From positions 16,944 through 80,943 of IMG/VR virus record IMGVR_UViG_3300048858_000027: a stretch of 64,000 bases of DNA. One strand, 5' to 3'. The stretch comes from a virus. Lineage: Duplodnaviria > Caudoviricetes. This document shows, in pieces, positions 36,241 through 44,424 of this stretch (the stretch's first letter is position 1; every line of letters begins with the position of its first letter). The notes under the pieces are model-generated. The model saw only the letters and a program-made list of their open reading frames with translations, did no database searches and had not been told where the DNA came from. A program made the position numbers and the translations under genes.

Positions 36241-37255
36241 AGACCATCATGGGCGCGTTGACCGTCGCCCATTTGATGCCATTGCGGCATTGCATGATGG
36301 ACACGTTCTTCCGCTGGGCGTCCTTCACCGCCATCACGGCGAAGTCCTGCGGAATACGGCCCATGTAGGTGAAGAAGTTCTCGCGAGTGGCGTTGGTCAC
36401 ACGCATCGAGAGCGCTGTGCAGAGCGCATACATGATGGCGACCTCATCGGTCGGGACCGGCGCCTTCTCCGGGTTCTTCAGCACCTCGTCGATGTCGGGC
36501 ATCCGGCTGATCAGCCGCAGGAAGCCCGTGAACTCGGTCGCGGCCCCCTCACCCACTGCACCGGAGACCATCTCGAACTGGAGGCCGAGATGTTCCTGCG
36601 GCAGCTTCAGCAGGCCAGGCAGCATGTCGGAAACAGCTTCCCAGGAGCGCGGCGTCGGGAAGCTGCGCTCCTTCGGGTTGAACTGGTCCAGCAGGTGGGG
36701 ACGGTGCTTGATGAAGGCGATTACCTCCTCGCGGACACCGAAGGGGATGGCGAAGTTGGCGACCCACTCCTCCATGTCCGTCTCGACATCCATGAACACC
36801 ACGCGGTTGCGGATGTGGCTCGGGAGGTCTCGGGCGCCGGCTCGGTCGGAGAGGCGGTTGGAGGCGGCGACGATGCGGTGCTGCGGCGCCAGCTTGAAGG
36901 TGTGAGCACCGCGCAGGGTGCCATCCAGGATGAACTCGGCCGCGGCGTTGTAGACCATGCGCTCCGCGTCAGCGATCTCGTCCAGGAAGACGATCGTGGG
37001 GGCGTCGTTCTCACCGGGCAGGGTGTCCGGGAGGGCGTAGCTCATCCGGTGGTTGTTCACCTCCGGCATACCGCCGACTTCCGAGGCGTCCATCTGTCCC
37101 AGGCGCCAGGTGATCAGGCGCATTGCTCGCTCATTGGCGATCTGCTCGACCGTGCTGGACTTGCCGACACCCGGCGAGGACTGGATCAGCGGCACGCGCT
37201 GGCGCGGCAGGCTGAAGAAGATGTCGAGGGCGGGCTTGAGCTGCGAGAGCTTCAT
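36239..37255 (-). CDS. MoxR/dynein-related AAA+ ATPase
   Basis: SSPGVGKS Walker A, VFLDE Walker B, VAASNR sensor I, HIRNR Arg finger, FPTPRSWE. Confidence 0.92.
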   Translation of the reverse strand: MKLSQLKPALDIFFSLPRQRVPLIQSSPGVGKSSTVEQIANERAMRLITWRLGQMDASEVGGMPEVNNHRMSYALPDTLPGENDAPTIVFLDEIADAERMVYNAAAEFILDGTLRGAHTFKLAPQHRIVAASNRLSDRAGARDLPSHIRNRVVFMDVETDMEEWVANFAIPFGVREEVIAFIKHRPHLLDQFNPKERSFPTPRSWEAVSDMLPGLLKLPQEHLGLQFEMVSGAVGEGAATEFTGFLRLISRMPDIDEVLKNPEKAPVPTDEVAIMYALCTALSMRVTNATRENFFTYMGRIPQDFAVMAVKDAQRKNVSIMQCRNGIKWATVNAPMMV

Positions 37256-37262
37256 AGTCGTT

Positions 37263-37277
37263 GATCCTTTGCGGATT
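37263..37277 (-). promoter_or_regulatory. SD-hairpin (AATCC-GCAAA-GGATC)
   Basis: 7 nt before ATG 37255. Confidence 0.75.
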
Positions 37278-37818
37278 AAGCGAGAGCTTCCTGGACCAGT
37301 CGGGCCAGGGCCTTGGGTGGTAGGATGGAGGACAGGTATCCACCCAGCGTGTCACCGGGTTCGGGCACATCGTCTGGGTAGGGGAGCTGATAGACCCTGC
37401 AGTATTCGTATAGGCGGAGGGACTGACTTCGGATGCGGGTCATGGTGAGGTGCCGCATACTGGTGTCTCTGGACCTGCCCAGAGCCACAGCCAGGGACTT
37501 CATCTCCTCCTTCATGTGGAGGACTTGGTGCCCTGGGGTGATGTCGAGGCTGGGGACGTAGAAGAAGTCCATCCCCCTGTCGATGTCGATCTTCTTGAGC
37601 GACTGATTGAACTTCACCGTCGCCGGAAGATCGTTGTCACGCAGGGTGATCTGAACCGGCGTTCCGTTGGGAGCCCATTCGAGGCGAGCGATGCGCTTGT
37701 CACCGAAATACATCGCCCAGCGATCCACGGATGTCTTGCTGGCCACGCCACCTCGATACTTCGTGGCCCTGGCGCAGAACATGGACCGCCATGTGTCGAG
37801 GAGGAGTTCGACGCTCAT
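37276..37818 (-). CDS. Hypothetical protein (paralogue of 37815-38318)
   Basis: Shares VPxLDx, HQ, YC..xxLxxP and C-terminal YL...L..KxL..LVQxxLA. Confidence 0.7.
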   Translation of the reverse strand: MSVELLLDTWRSMFCARATKYRGGVASKTSVDRWAMYFGDKRIARLEWAPNGTPVQITLRDNDLPATVKFNQSLKKIDIDRGMDFFYVPSLDITPGHQVLHMKEEMKSLAVALGRSRDTSMRHLTMTRIRSQSLRLYEYCRVYQLPYPDDVPEPGDTLGGYLSSILPPKALARLVQEALA

Positions 37819-38318
37819 GCCGCGAGCCGATCCTGCACCAGCTTCACGAGCGTCTTCGCGCTCAGGTTCTCAGCCAGGTAGGCGCTGACATCCTCGAACT
37901 CTTCGGGCAGCTCCAGGTCGAACTGGTCGCAATAGCGGCGCACCTTATCCTTCAGATCGTCGATCTGACGGCGATCGGACAGGCGGGCGCTGCTCATCCG
38001 GCGCGCTTCCAGGCTCACCTTCAGCGTGATCAACTCGGTCTTGAAGAAGGCCAGGTTCTTCTGGTGGCCCCAGAGCACATCGAGGTCGGGGACGTTGAAG
38101 CGCGGGTGATCCCAACCGATGTAGCGGATCTGCTTGTCCGTGGTGGGACCGTAGCGCCGGTTGGTAACGAGGAGACAGACACCCTTCGGCGTCTCGAATC
38201 GTCGGGCGATCAGCGTCCAGTAGGAGTAGAGCTTATCACCTTCAAAGGAAACGTTGTGCCCCTTCGCTCGGGGCTTGCTCTGTCGGACCCAATGACCGAC
38301 GACATCTTCGTTATTCAT
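37815..38318 (-). CDS. Hypothetical protein (paralogue of 37276-37818)
   Basis: 167 aa, preceded by SD-hairpin. Confidence 0.75.
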   Translation of the reverse strand: MNNEDVVGHWVRQSKPRAKGHNVSFEGDKLYSYWTLIARRFETPKGVCLLVTNRRYGPTTDKQIRYIGWDHPRFNVPDLDVLWGHQKNLAFFKTELITLKVSLEARRMSSARLSDRRQIDDLKDKVRRYCDQFDLELPEEFEDVSAYLAENLSAKTLVKLVQDRLAA

Positions 38319-38323
38319 GTGAT

Positions 38324-38337
38324 GATCCTTTCGGATT
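38324..38337 (-). promoter_or_regulatory. SD-hairpin (AATCC-GAAA-GGATC)
   Basis: 5 nt before ATG 38318; GNRA loop. Confidence 0.75.
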
Positions 38338-38692
38338 ATTTGTCGAGCAGGACTTCAAGTTTGTCCGCGAGCTTCCGAACAGTGGCGACGGCGACTGGAG
38401 CGGGATCTTCGGGATCGAGCAGCGCGGTGGAACCGCGGAACAGCGTGATCGTCTGCTCCAGGTATTCGTGGTCGGGGATCAGTTGGCGGATCGTCTTCAG
38501 CTTAGGGTCAGCGAGCAGACGCTGGGTCCCGCTCACATTCTCCGTCTTGCCCAGGAGAACCGCCGTGAACTCCTGGTTGAAGTCCTTCCACACTTTGCTT
38601 TTGAGAGCACTCTGCGTCAGCGACCGTTCAAGCCTGGTGTGGAGGAGGTGGCAGAGGTGGGTCAACTGATCAATGCGTTGGTCTTTATCCAT
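38336..38692 (-). CDS. Hypothetical protein
   Basis: 118 aa. Confidence 0.6.
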   Translation of the reverse strand: MDKDQRIDQLTHLCHLLHTRLERSLTQSALKSKVWKDFNQEFTAVLLGKTENVSGTQRLLADPKLKTIRQLIPDHEYLEQTITLFRGSTALLDPEDPAPVAVATVRKLADKLEVLLDK

Positions 38693-38730
38693 TGGACGAG
38701 TTTCCCCGTTGATCTCTCACGAAGCGAGAG

Positions 38731-38760
38731 ACCGAATGGTTGTTGAATAATCAGGAAAGA
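38731..38760. promoter_or_regulatory. Extended TGA-N4-TCA element (GAATGGTTGT-TGAATAATCA-GGAAAG)
   Basis: Aligns with elements at 40289, 44254, 49993; intergenic. Confidence 0.5.
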
Positions 38761-38761
38761 C

Positions 38762-39043
38762 TTAGGAGCGGATGAGAGCGGCCACCGTGAGGATGGCGTC
38801 GGCGTTCTCTTCGTTGGGACCGAAGTAGAAGGTGGAGAACTTCCCTTCTCCAGCGCCCTTCTTCGGTATCTTACCTCGAACGACCCGCAGCCCGACCCAG
38901 AACAGTGGTTTGCCGAAGGGCCAGTTGGTCTCTTTGACCAGTCGCAGGTTCGGATCGGTGAGCGCTCGCTGGAGAGCCTGGTCGCTGAGGTCCAATCGGC
39001 CCCCAGCGAACGCAATGGTCTCCCTAACTTCCCTGAGACTCAC
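38762..39043 (-). CDS. Hypothetical protein
   Basis: 93 aa, GTG start. Confidence 0.55.
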   Translation of the reverse strand: MSLREVRETIAFAGGRLDLSDQALQRALTDPNLRLVKETNWPFGKPLFWVGLRVVRGKIPKKGAGEGKFSTFYFGPNEENADAILTVAALIRS

Positions 39044-39239
39044 GATCTCGATCTCGCTTCGGCATCGGGAAGTAGGCTTTGTAGCCCTTGGTCCCTCGGG
39101 TGTAGTGACCGATCACGGCGATGCCCTGATCGGTCAGCAGGAGAACTTTGGTGCCTTCGGGGCAATTCTCCATGTCGTAGCGGAAGATGAAACCCGGCTC
39201 GGTGTAGGCTTGCTGAGTGGGATGGAGCGAGGGTTTCAC
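39024..39239 (-). CDS. Hypothetical protein (DUF551-like)
   Basis: MENCPEGTKVLLL...YFPMPK pattern. Confidence 0.5.
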   Translation of the reverse strand: MKPSLHPTQQAYTEPGFIFRYDMENCPEGTKVLLLTDQGIAVIGHYTRGTKGYKAYFPMPKRDRDRESQGS

Positions 39240-39361
39240 TTGTTGATCTGGAACAGCTCCTCCAGCTCCCTGACCCGCTGCTCCGCAGCCCGCCGCCGCT
39301 CAACCTCGCGGTTGATGGCTTCGAGCAGCTCCTGGATGCGTTCCCTGGGGTTACGGTCCAT
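39236..39361 (-). CDS. Small coiled-coil protein (41 aa)
   Basis: MDRNPRERIQELLEAINREVERRRAAEQRVRELEELFQINK. Confidence 0.5.
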   Translation of the reverse strand: MDRNPRERIQELLEAINREVERRRAAEQRVRELEELFQINK

Positions 39362-39518
39362 CGCGGGTCCACCGGGCAGCGATCAGCTCGTCGATCAGGA
39401 AGACGACGAGGAAGAGGTGCAGGATGAAGCTGAACTGCTCCAAGAACATCTGGACCAAAAGATCCAGGAGAAGGAGCACCACTGTGAGCGCCCGCACCCA
39501 GGGCGGTAAGATGGGCAT
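39351..39518 (-). CDS. Small two-pass membrane protein (55 aa, not in ORF track)
   Basis: MPILPPWVRALTVVLLLLDLLVQMFLEQFSFILHLFLVVFLIDEL...; preceded by SD-hairpin variant. Confidence 0.6.
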   Translation of the reverse strand: MPILPPWVRALTVVLLLLDLLVQMFLEQFSFILHLFLVVFLIDELIAARWTRDGP

Positions 39519-39524
39519 CGGATG

Positions 39525-39538
39525 TTCCTTTGCAGGAA
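39525..39538 (-). promoter_or_regulatory. SD-hairpin compensatory variant (TTCCT-GCAA-AGGAA)
   Basis: Both arms changed A-T to T-A, pairing and GNRA loop kept; 6 nt before ATG 39518. Confidence 0.7.
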
Positions 39539-39546
39539 AGGGGAAG

Positions 39547-39735
39547 TTACGAAGCTGACTGCTTCGCCTTCAACTTGGCGACCTCGGCCTTGTGGAGCCG
39601 ATACATCAGCACGACCCCGAAACTCAGCAGGATCATCAGCAGGCCGTCTGATGCGATGGAGAGCACCTTGCTGGAGAAGTCCATCAAGGTAGCGAGGGCG
39701 GCGATCGCGAAGATCGCCGCCATCAGCAGACGCAT
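39547..39735 (-). CDS. Small two-pass membrane protein
   Basis: 62 aa, two hydrophobic segments, directly after terB. Confidence 0.65.
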   Translation of the reverse strand: MRLLMAAIFAIAALATLMDFSSKVLSIASDGLLMILLSFGVVLMYRLHKAEVAKLKAKQSAS

Positions 39736-39736
39736 G

Positions 39737-40183
39737 TTACAGGCCGACCTGATCGGCTGCCACGCCGAGCACGCTGGCGCACTTCAGCAGGAAGGTGCGC
39801 TCGGCAGGCTCGATCTCGCCGTCCGCCTTGGCGGTCGCGACACCCATCCGCATGATGGCGATGCGCTTCTCCTCGCTGGCGCCGCGGGAGACGACATCAC
39901 GCAGCTCCTTCAGGCAGGCGTCGAAGCCGGAGTCCACGTCGAACTCCAGTTGCTCGGCCAGCTCGCGGTGCTTGGCGAAGAGGATGCTCTGGTCATACTG
40001 CTTCAGGATCGGGTTGATCTTGAAGCCGCCGACCAGCTTCTTCTTCTCGGACTCTTCCAGCTCACCATCGGCATAGGCGGTGCCGGTCATCACGGCGACA
40101 ATGCCTTCGGCCGTCTCACGGTCGTTGAAGCGAGAGGCTGCGGCTTCCAGGTCGGAGAGCTTGGACTTGAAGAAATTGAGCAA
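39737..40183 (-). CDS. terB: TerB-family (tellurite resistance-like) protein
   Basis: AYADGELEESEK and AKADGEIEPAER repeats; TTG start with AGGA SD. Confidence 0.85.
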   Translation of the reverse strand: MLNFFKSKLSDLEAAASRFNDRETAEGIVAVMTGTAYADGELEESEKKKLVGGFKINPILKQYDQSILFAKHRELAEQLEFDVDSGFDACLKELRDVVSRGASEEKRIAIMRMGVATAKADGEIEPAERTFLLKCASVLGVAADQVGL

Positions 40184-40190
40184 GGGGATG

Positions 40191-40249
40191 TTCCTGTTGT
40201 GGATGTGAGATGATCCCCGAAGGGATTGGGTCGGTGATCCGTGAGGATT
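40191..40249 (-). promoter_or_regulatory. Three tandem hairpins in terB leader
   Basis: - strand AATCC-TCAC-GGATC, AATCCC-TTCG-GGGATC, then ATCC-ACAACA-GGAAC carrying the SD. Confidence 0.65.
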
Positions 40250-40288
40250 GAGTGGATGGATAATCCTCCCTCACGGACCCGTGTAGAG

Positions 40289-40317
40289 GTGGAATCGTTT
40301 ATGAAGGTTCAGGAATG
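40289..40317. promoter_or_regulatory. Extended TGA-N4-TCA element (GTGGAATCGTTTA-TGAAGGTTCA-GGAATG)
   Basis: Aligns with 44254 and 49993; overlaps stop of 40299-41015. Confidence 0.65.
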
Positions 40318-41015
40318 CTTTTGGCCCGCTCCTGTTCCACCTTCCACTGGGCGCGCAGCAGGTCGTGCTCCGCCTCGGTGATCTCGCGCAGACCCTCGGG
40401 GAGCGGCGGCCATTCCCCTTCAGTGATAACGGCGTCGGGGTGTTCCTCGCGGATCTTGGCGATCTGCCTCGTGGTGTTCGGCCCACAGATGACGAAGGTT
40501 TCGCCAAACCAGGTCATCTGGATGGGGTTGAAGAAGAAGCTCCAGGAATCTCCTGCGGCCGAGTTGCCCCAACCCCCTTCCCTCTTCCAGCCATTCTCGG
40601 CGCAGGGGCGAACGTATCCTGGCGTGTGCCAGTTGACGTTGCGTGGGACGCCGATAGCTTCAGCGATGGGCTGCAGGTTATCGGCGCCTGGCAGGGCGTC
40701 CAGCGCCTTCCTGGCCTCGATCCCCGCCGCCTTCTGCGCCTTATCGCGGGCGCGGTCGTGCGGCACCATGTAGTCGGGCTTCCCCTGCTTGCCGCGGACG
40801 AGCCTCCAGCCTGGCGGGGTCGGGTGCATGGCGTAGACCCCAGACAGCTTGTGCGTGTCCAGGTTCTCGTAACCGCCTGTGGAGCCCATCGCCTCGACGA
40901 ACTGACGCCCAGCCTCTTTGGCGGCCAGGTAGCTGGCCCGCCAGTCTTGGCACATCTTCAGCCAGGGCTCGCCAGTCACGAGTAGACGGCGGAACTGGTC
41001 GGGTTTGTCGCTCAT
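40299..41015 (-). CDS. Hypothetical protein
   Basis: 238 aa, Trp/Gly/Pro-rich. Confidence 0.7.
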   Translation of the reverse strand: MSDKPDQFRRLLVTGEPWLKMCQDWRASYLAAKEAGRQFVEAMGSTGGYENLDTHKLSGVYAMHPTPPGWRLVRGKQGKPDYMVPHDRARDKAQKAAGIEARKALDALPGADNLQPIAEAIGVPRNVNWHTPGYVRPCAENGWKREGGWGNSAAGDSWSFFFNPIQMTWFGETFVICGPNTTRQIAKIREEHPDAVITEGEWPPLPEGLREITEAEHDLLRAQWKVEQERAKSIPEPS

Positions 41016-41419
41016 GTCCTCAGTCCCTTCAGCCGAGCCAGCGCCAGCTCGGCGCCGTCCTTCAGGCCGTAAGCGTGTCCTGCTTCCCAGGCAGTGTGAG
41101 GTTCCTCGGCGTCATGGTCCGCGATCGCGTTCTTCTCAGAAGCGATCGCGATATCCACTTCGAGCGTGGCCTGGAGATAGTCCAGGAACCCCGCCGTGGG
41201 GCAGGCTCCGCGGTAGGTGTAGGAACCCATCTCGCTGCTAGGGATCGGCCTGGAGGTGGCCATGAGCCACCAGCTCGTGCCGTTCCAGTAGGCAGGCATC
41301 GCACCGGCCAGGCCATCATCCAGATCATTGGGGTGGATCAGGTAGTGGCAGCCCTTCCGCTCGGGGTTGAGGGGCACGCCCGGCCGATTTGGGTCCGGCC
41401 ACTTGCTCTCACCCGTCAT
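41012..41419 (-). CDS. Hypothetical protein with WPDPNxPGVPLNP N-terminal module
   Basis: ATG 41419; N-terminus shared with 51107-51475. Confidence 0.7.
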   Translation of the reverse strand: MTGESKWPDPNRPGVPLNPERKGCHYLIHPNDLDDGLAGAMPAYWNGTSWWLMATSRPIPSSEMGSYTYRGACPTAGFLDYLQATLEVDIAIASEKNAIADHDAEEPHTAWEAGHAYGLKDGAELALARLKGLRT

Positions 41420-41771
41420 GGCGCGGCTCCAGGGCAGGGGCAGGAGGGGGTGGGGCTGCGATTTCCTTCGTGAGTTCGCTCGCCCCGACAATCGCGGCTG
41501 TAGCAGCAACGCGGATCGGCTCTGGCGCAATGGGGCTGCCCTGGATGTGTGACAGGCAGTTCGCCAGGAGACCCACCTGCCGCTTGCGGATTTCCAGTTC
41601 TGCCACCTCCACCCCCTGCACCTCCGTGCGGCTCAACGACGCGCGGGCGAGGGCGCAGAGGGCGCGAATGTTGTCATGGCTCAGCGGAGGCGTGCTTGGC
41701 GTCCACGGTGCCGTGTAATACTGCTCAATCTCCGCGATCTGCTCCACCGTCAGCGTCATGGCATCAGCCAT
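41409..41771 (-). CDS. Hypothetical protein
   Basis: 120 aa from ATG 41771. Confidence 0.5.
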   Translation of the reverse strand: MADAMTLTVEQIAEIEQYYTAPWTPSTPPLSHDNIRALCALARASLSRTEVQGVEVAELEIRKRQVGLLANCLSHIQGSPIAPEPIRVAATAAIVGASELTKEIAAPPPPAPALEPRHDG

Positions 41772-41991
41772 TGGTGCGGGCCTCCACCATCGCCGTTGCG
41801 TCATCGTAGATGGCAAGCTGCCTCGCCTGCTCGCGCTGGCAGAGAGCGATAATCTTGGCGGCAGTAGCGCGAGCAGGCACGCCATAGACGTTGCTCTCAA
41901 GCATCCTCTCGACCGAGGCAAAGAGGACGAGCGTGGTATGGGCCTCCGCCGCGACACGGGCGTGCTGCTTCGGCGTGTTCTTCTTGCTCAT
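41764..41991 (-). CDS. Hypothetical protein
   Basis: 75 aa, GGAGGA SD. Confidence 0.65.
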   Translation of the reverse strand: MSKKNTPKQHARVAAEAHTTLVLFASVERMLESNVYGVPARATAAKIIALCQREQARQLAIYDDATAMVEARTNG

Positions 41992-42323
41992 GTCCGGTCC
42001 TCCTGGCTGGGCGTGGGGATGAGGGCGATACCTTCGATCGCTCTCTGACAATCGTCACAACCATTCGCCCATGCTGCGGCGAGATTGCCGTCCCCTGGCT
42101 TAATCACGCTTGCAAGCTGCTCACACTTTGCCGATGCCTTCTTGATCCCCTCCCGAGCCTGCGCGACCGCTTGGGCGTGGGCGGCGCGCTCGGTGAGGAG
42201 GGCGCGGAGAGTTGCCGCGCCGTCCGTCATTGCCCGAGCAATCGGCTTGCTATCGACAAATAAGGCGCACTGTTCCAGATCGACGGCGCGCGACTTGATC
42301 TCCGCATCCGTGGGCGTGCTCAT
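41988..42323 (-). CDS. Hypothetical protein
   Basis: 111 aa, coupled overlaps. Confidence 0.6.
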   Translation of the reverse strand: MSTPTDAEIKSRAVDLEQCALFVDSKPIARAMTDGAATLRALLTERAAHAQAVAQAREGIKKASAKCEQLASVIKPGDGNLAAAWANGCDDCQRAIEGIALIPTPSQEDRT

Positions 42324-42700
42324 GACTGGTTCCTCGGCTTCCCGGCCGCTTCCCAGGAGTGGACGGCTTCGAGCCAGCTCTCGGCCTCATCCAACTGCGT
42401 CTCTGCAGACCTGACCTCCTCAGCGATCTCCTCATCGGACATGCTGTCGAAGTCGCCGCGGTATTCTTGCCAGGCGTTGTTGACCGGAGCATGTGGTGGC
42501 TCTGGCTCCGGCACCACGATTTCCTCGAAGCGACCGTCGAGAAACTCATCTTCCCGGCGGGTCCAGACGCGCAGCATATCCACGTCCTGGTAGACAACCA
42601 TCAGGGCGTTGTCGTGCGGCCCATCCAGTTGCAGCATGGCGTGATGAAGGATGCGGTAGGTGCCGCCGCGCTTCTTGTGGCGATACAATTTCACGGTCAT
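42320..42700 (-). CDS. DUF1653-like protein with acidic C-terminal extension
   Basis: LYRHKKRGGTYRIL...MVVYQD...VWTRREDEFLDGRFE. Confidence 0.75.
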   Translation of the reverse strand: MTVKLYRHKKRGGTYRILHHAMLQLDGPHDNALMVVYQDVDMLRVWTRREDEFLDGRFEEIVVPEPEPPHAPVNNAWQEYRGDFDSMSDEEIAEEVRSAETQLDEAESWLEAVHSWEAAGKPRNQS

Positions 42701-42921
42701 CAGTTCCAAACTCCAGACCATTTCGCCGCCCGCTCAGGTGGGCGAACATGTGCAAGGGCCAGGCAACATTCCCGCACGAAGCGGGCCACCTCCGGCGGCA
42801 CCGGGGATATACCCAAGCGCCACTTGCGAACGGTCTGACGGGTGGTGCCCAGCTTGTTCGCCAGGCGTTGGTCAGACCAGCCGAGTGCCCGCATGTCGTA
42901 GGGGAACTGCTCGGTGGTCAC
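42700..42921 (-). CDS. Small XRE-type HTH protein
   Basis: [37 protein letters not shown]; GTG overlaps thyX stop. Confidence 0.75.
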   Translation of the reverse strand: MTTEQFPYDMRALGWSDQRLANKLGTTRQTVRKWRLGISPVPPEVARFVRECCLALAHVRPPERAAKWSGVWN

Positions 42922-43835
42922 GCCAGCGTTTCCCACAGCTCCTGCCACTCGCGCTTGCTCAGGCCGGAGCTGGCCTGGTCCACGGGGAGGCCATCCATCC
43001 GGCGGCGCAACACCTTCAGCATCTGCGCCGAGAGGGTGAAGGAACCCAGGCGGTAGTCGCAGAACGCTTCGGCCGTGATCGGCGCCCAGGCCCGGAGGAT
43101 CTGCATCATGATCTCGGCGTAGGCGCGGATCTCGTACTGAGCATGGGCGTCGGCGCGCAGCCGCAGGAAGTTCAGGAAGTTGTGGAGATCCACCTTCCAA
43201 TACCACTGCGTGTAGGTGTTGAGGGTGAGGTTCATCCGGGCCAGCTCGCGGGCCAGGCCGGCGCCACACTTTTCCTCGGGGCCGATCATAAACTCATAGT
43301 CGGAATAGTTCTGATGAGCATCCCTCATCAGGATCTGCCGCACCACCTGTGCAGTGTCCTGATCCAGCACATCGCCCCTGCCCTGCTTGTTGTCGGAGGA
43401 CTGGACGGCCAGGTGCTGCGGCTCGGGGATGTAGAACTCACGGTCCATCACCGAGTAGCGCGCCGAATACTCGTTCACATTGGCGGTGCGGTGCCGGATC
43501 CACTGCCGCGCCACGAAGATCGGCAGCTTCACATGCAGCTTGATCTCGCACATCTCGAAGGGCGTGCTGTGCCAGTGACGCATCAGGTAGCGGATCAGGC
43601 CGCGGTCCTCGCTCACGGCCTTGGTGCCGCGGCCGTAGGAGACGCGGGCGGCCTGCACCACGGCACTGTCGTCGCCCATGTAATCGACCACGCGGATGAA
43701 GCCATGGTCGAGCACCGGGATCGGCTCGAACAGCAGAGCTTCCAGGGCGGGAACGGTGGGGCGGAGAGTCGTCACGCCCTGCGAACGGGCTTCGGTCAGC
43801 TCAGCGAGCTGAGTGTCGGTGAGGTCGGTCATCAC
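42918..43835 (-). CDS. thyX: Flavin-dependent thymidylate synthase
   Basis: [52 protein letters not shown]. Confidence 0.97.
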   Translation of the reverse strand: MMTDLTDTQLAELTEARSQGVTTLRPTVPALEALLFEPIPVLDHGFIRVVDYMGDDSAVVQAARVSYGRGTKAVSEDRGLIRYLMRHWHSTPFEMCEIKLHVKLPIFVARQWIRHRTANVNEYSARYSVMDREFYIPEPQHLAVQSSDNKQGRGDVLDQDTAQVVRQILMRDAHQNYSDYEFMIGPEEKCGAGLARELARMNLTLNTYTQWYWKVDLHNFLNFLRLRADAHAQYEIRAYAEIMMQILRAWAPITAEAFCDYRLGSFTLSAQMLKVLRRRMDGLPVDQASSGLSKREWQELWETLA

Positions 43836-44215
43836 AGGGTCCAGTTCGCTTCAACCACGTCCTTGGCTTCCTTCAGCCCCATCCCGGACAGGTTGCGCTG
43901 CTCCTTGATCGCACCGATCTTGTCGCCCTGGTTGATGTAGGCGCGGACGCTCGGCGGCAGCGGATCAGGGCCAGTGTTGATCAGCTTGTTGGCCTTGATG
44001 GCGAACTCCTGGAGCAGCGTCATCGCGGGGTTGACCGGCGGGCCTCCGGTGATGGCCCGCAGGCCGATCGCCGCGCGCCAGAACTGCGCGATCCGCAGAG
44101 CGTCCTCGGGCTTGCCGCAGAACACCGTGGTGCCATCGGGCCAGGTGATGCTGTTTATCGGCTCATGCTGCACGACCACATCGGTCGTCAGCATCTCGAA
44201 GGTGATGTCTTGCAT
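43832..44215 (-). CDS. Protein with C-terminal ribosomal bL12 (L7/L12) CTD-like domain
   Basis: [24 protein letters not shown] matches the bL12 KIxVIKxVRxxTGLGLKEAKxxVE motif. Confidence 0.75.
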   Translation of the reverse strand: MQDITFEMLTTDVVVQHEPINSITWPDGTTVFCGKPEDALRIAQFWRAAIGLRAITGGPPVNPAMTLLQEFAIKANKLINTGPDPLPPSVRAYINQGDKIGAIKEQRNLSGMGLKEAKDVVEANWTL

Positions 44216-44226
44216 GTCGCGGATGT

Positions 44227-44238
44227 TCCCTACCGGGA
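44227..44238 (-). promoter_or_regulatory. SD-hairpin variant (TCCC-GGTA-GGGA)
   Basis: - strand CTCCCGGTAGGGAACATCCGCGAC-ATG 44215. Confidence 0.5.
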
Positions 44239-44253
44239 GTGGGAAAAGAAGCT

Positions 44254-44283
44254 GTGGATTCGTTTCTGAATGATCAGAAACGA
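44254..44283. promoter_or_regulatory. Extended TGA-N4-TCA palindrome (TCGTTTCTGA-ATGA-TCAGAAACGA)
   Basis: Perfect 10-bp arms at 44260-44269 and 44274-44283; between divergent genes. Confidence 0.75.
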
Positions 44284-44424
44284 TTTGGGCCACCAGAATG
44301 CGGCGAGCCGCACGTACTTAGGGCGTGAGAACGATAAGCATGAGTTATCGTGCCTGGCGGGGTGTGGGTCTGGCGCATTTCCGAGCTGGAGCTAATCTGT
44401 ATCCTTCAAGAATTGGGGCGAAGG

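Noticed and set aside
42700-42921. Anti-CRISPR-associated (Aca) gene marking an acr operon
   Set aside because: It is a generic small XRE HTH coupled to thyX, with no upstream acr-like operon or its own inverted-repeat promoter.
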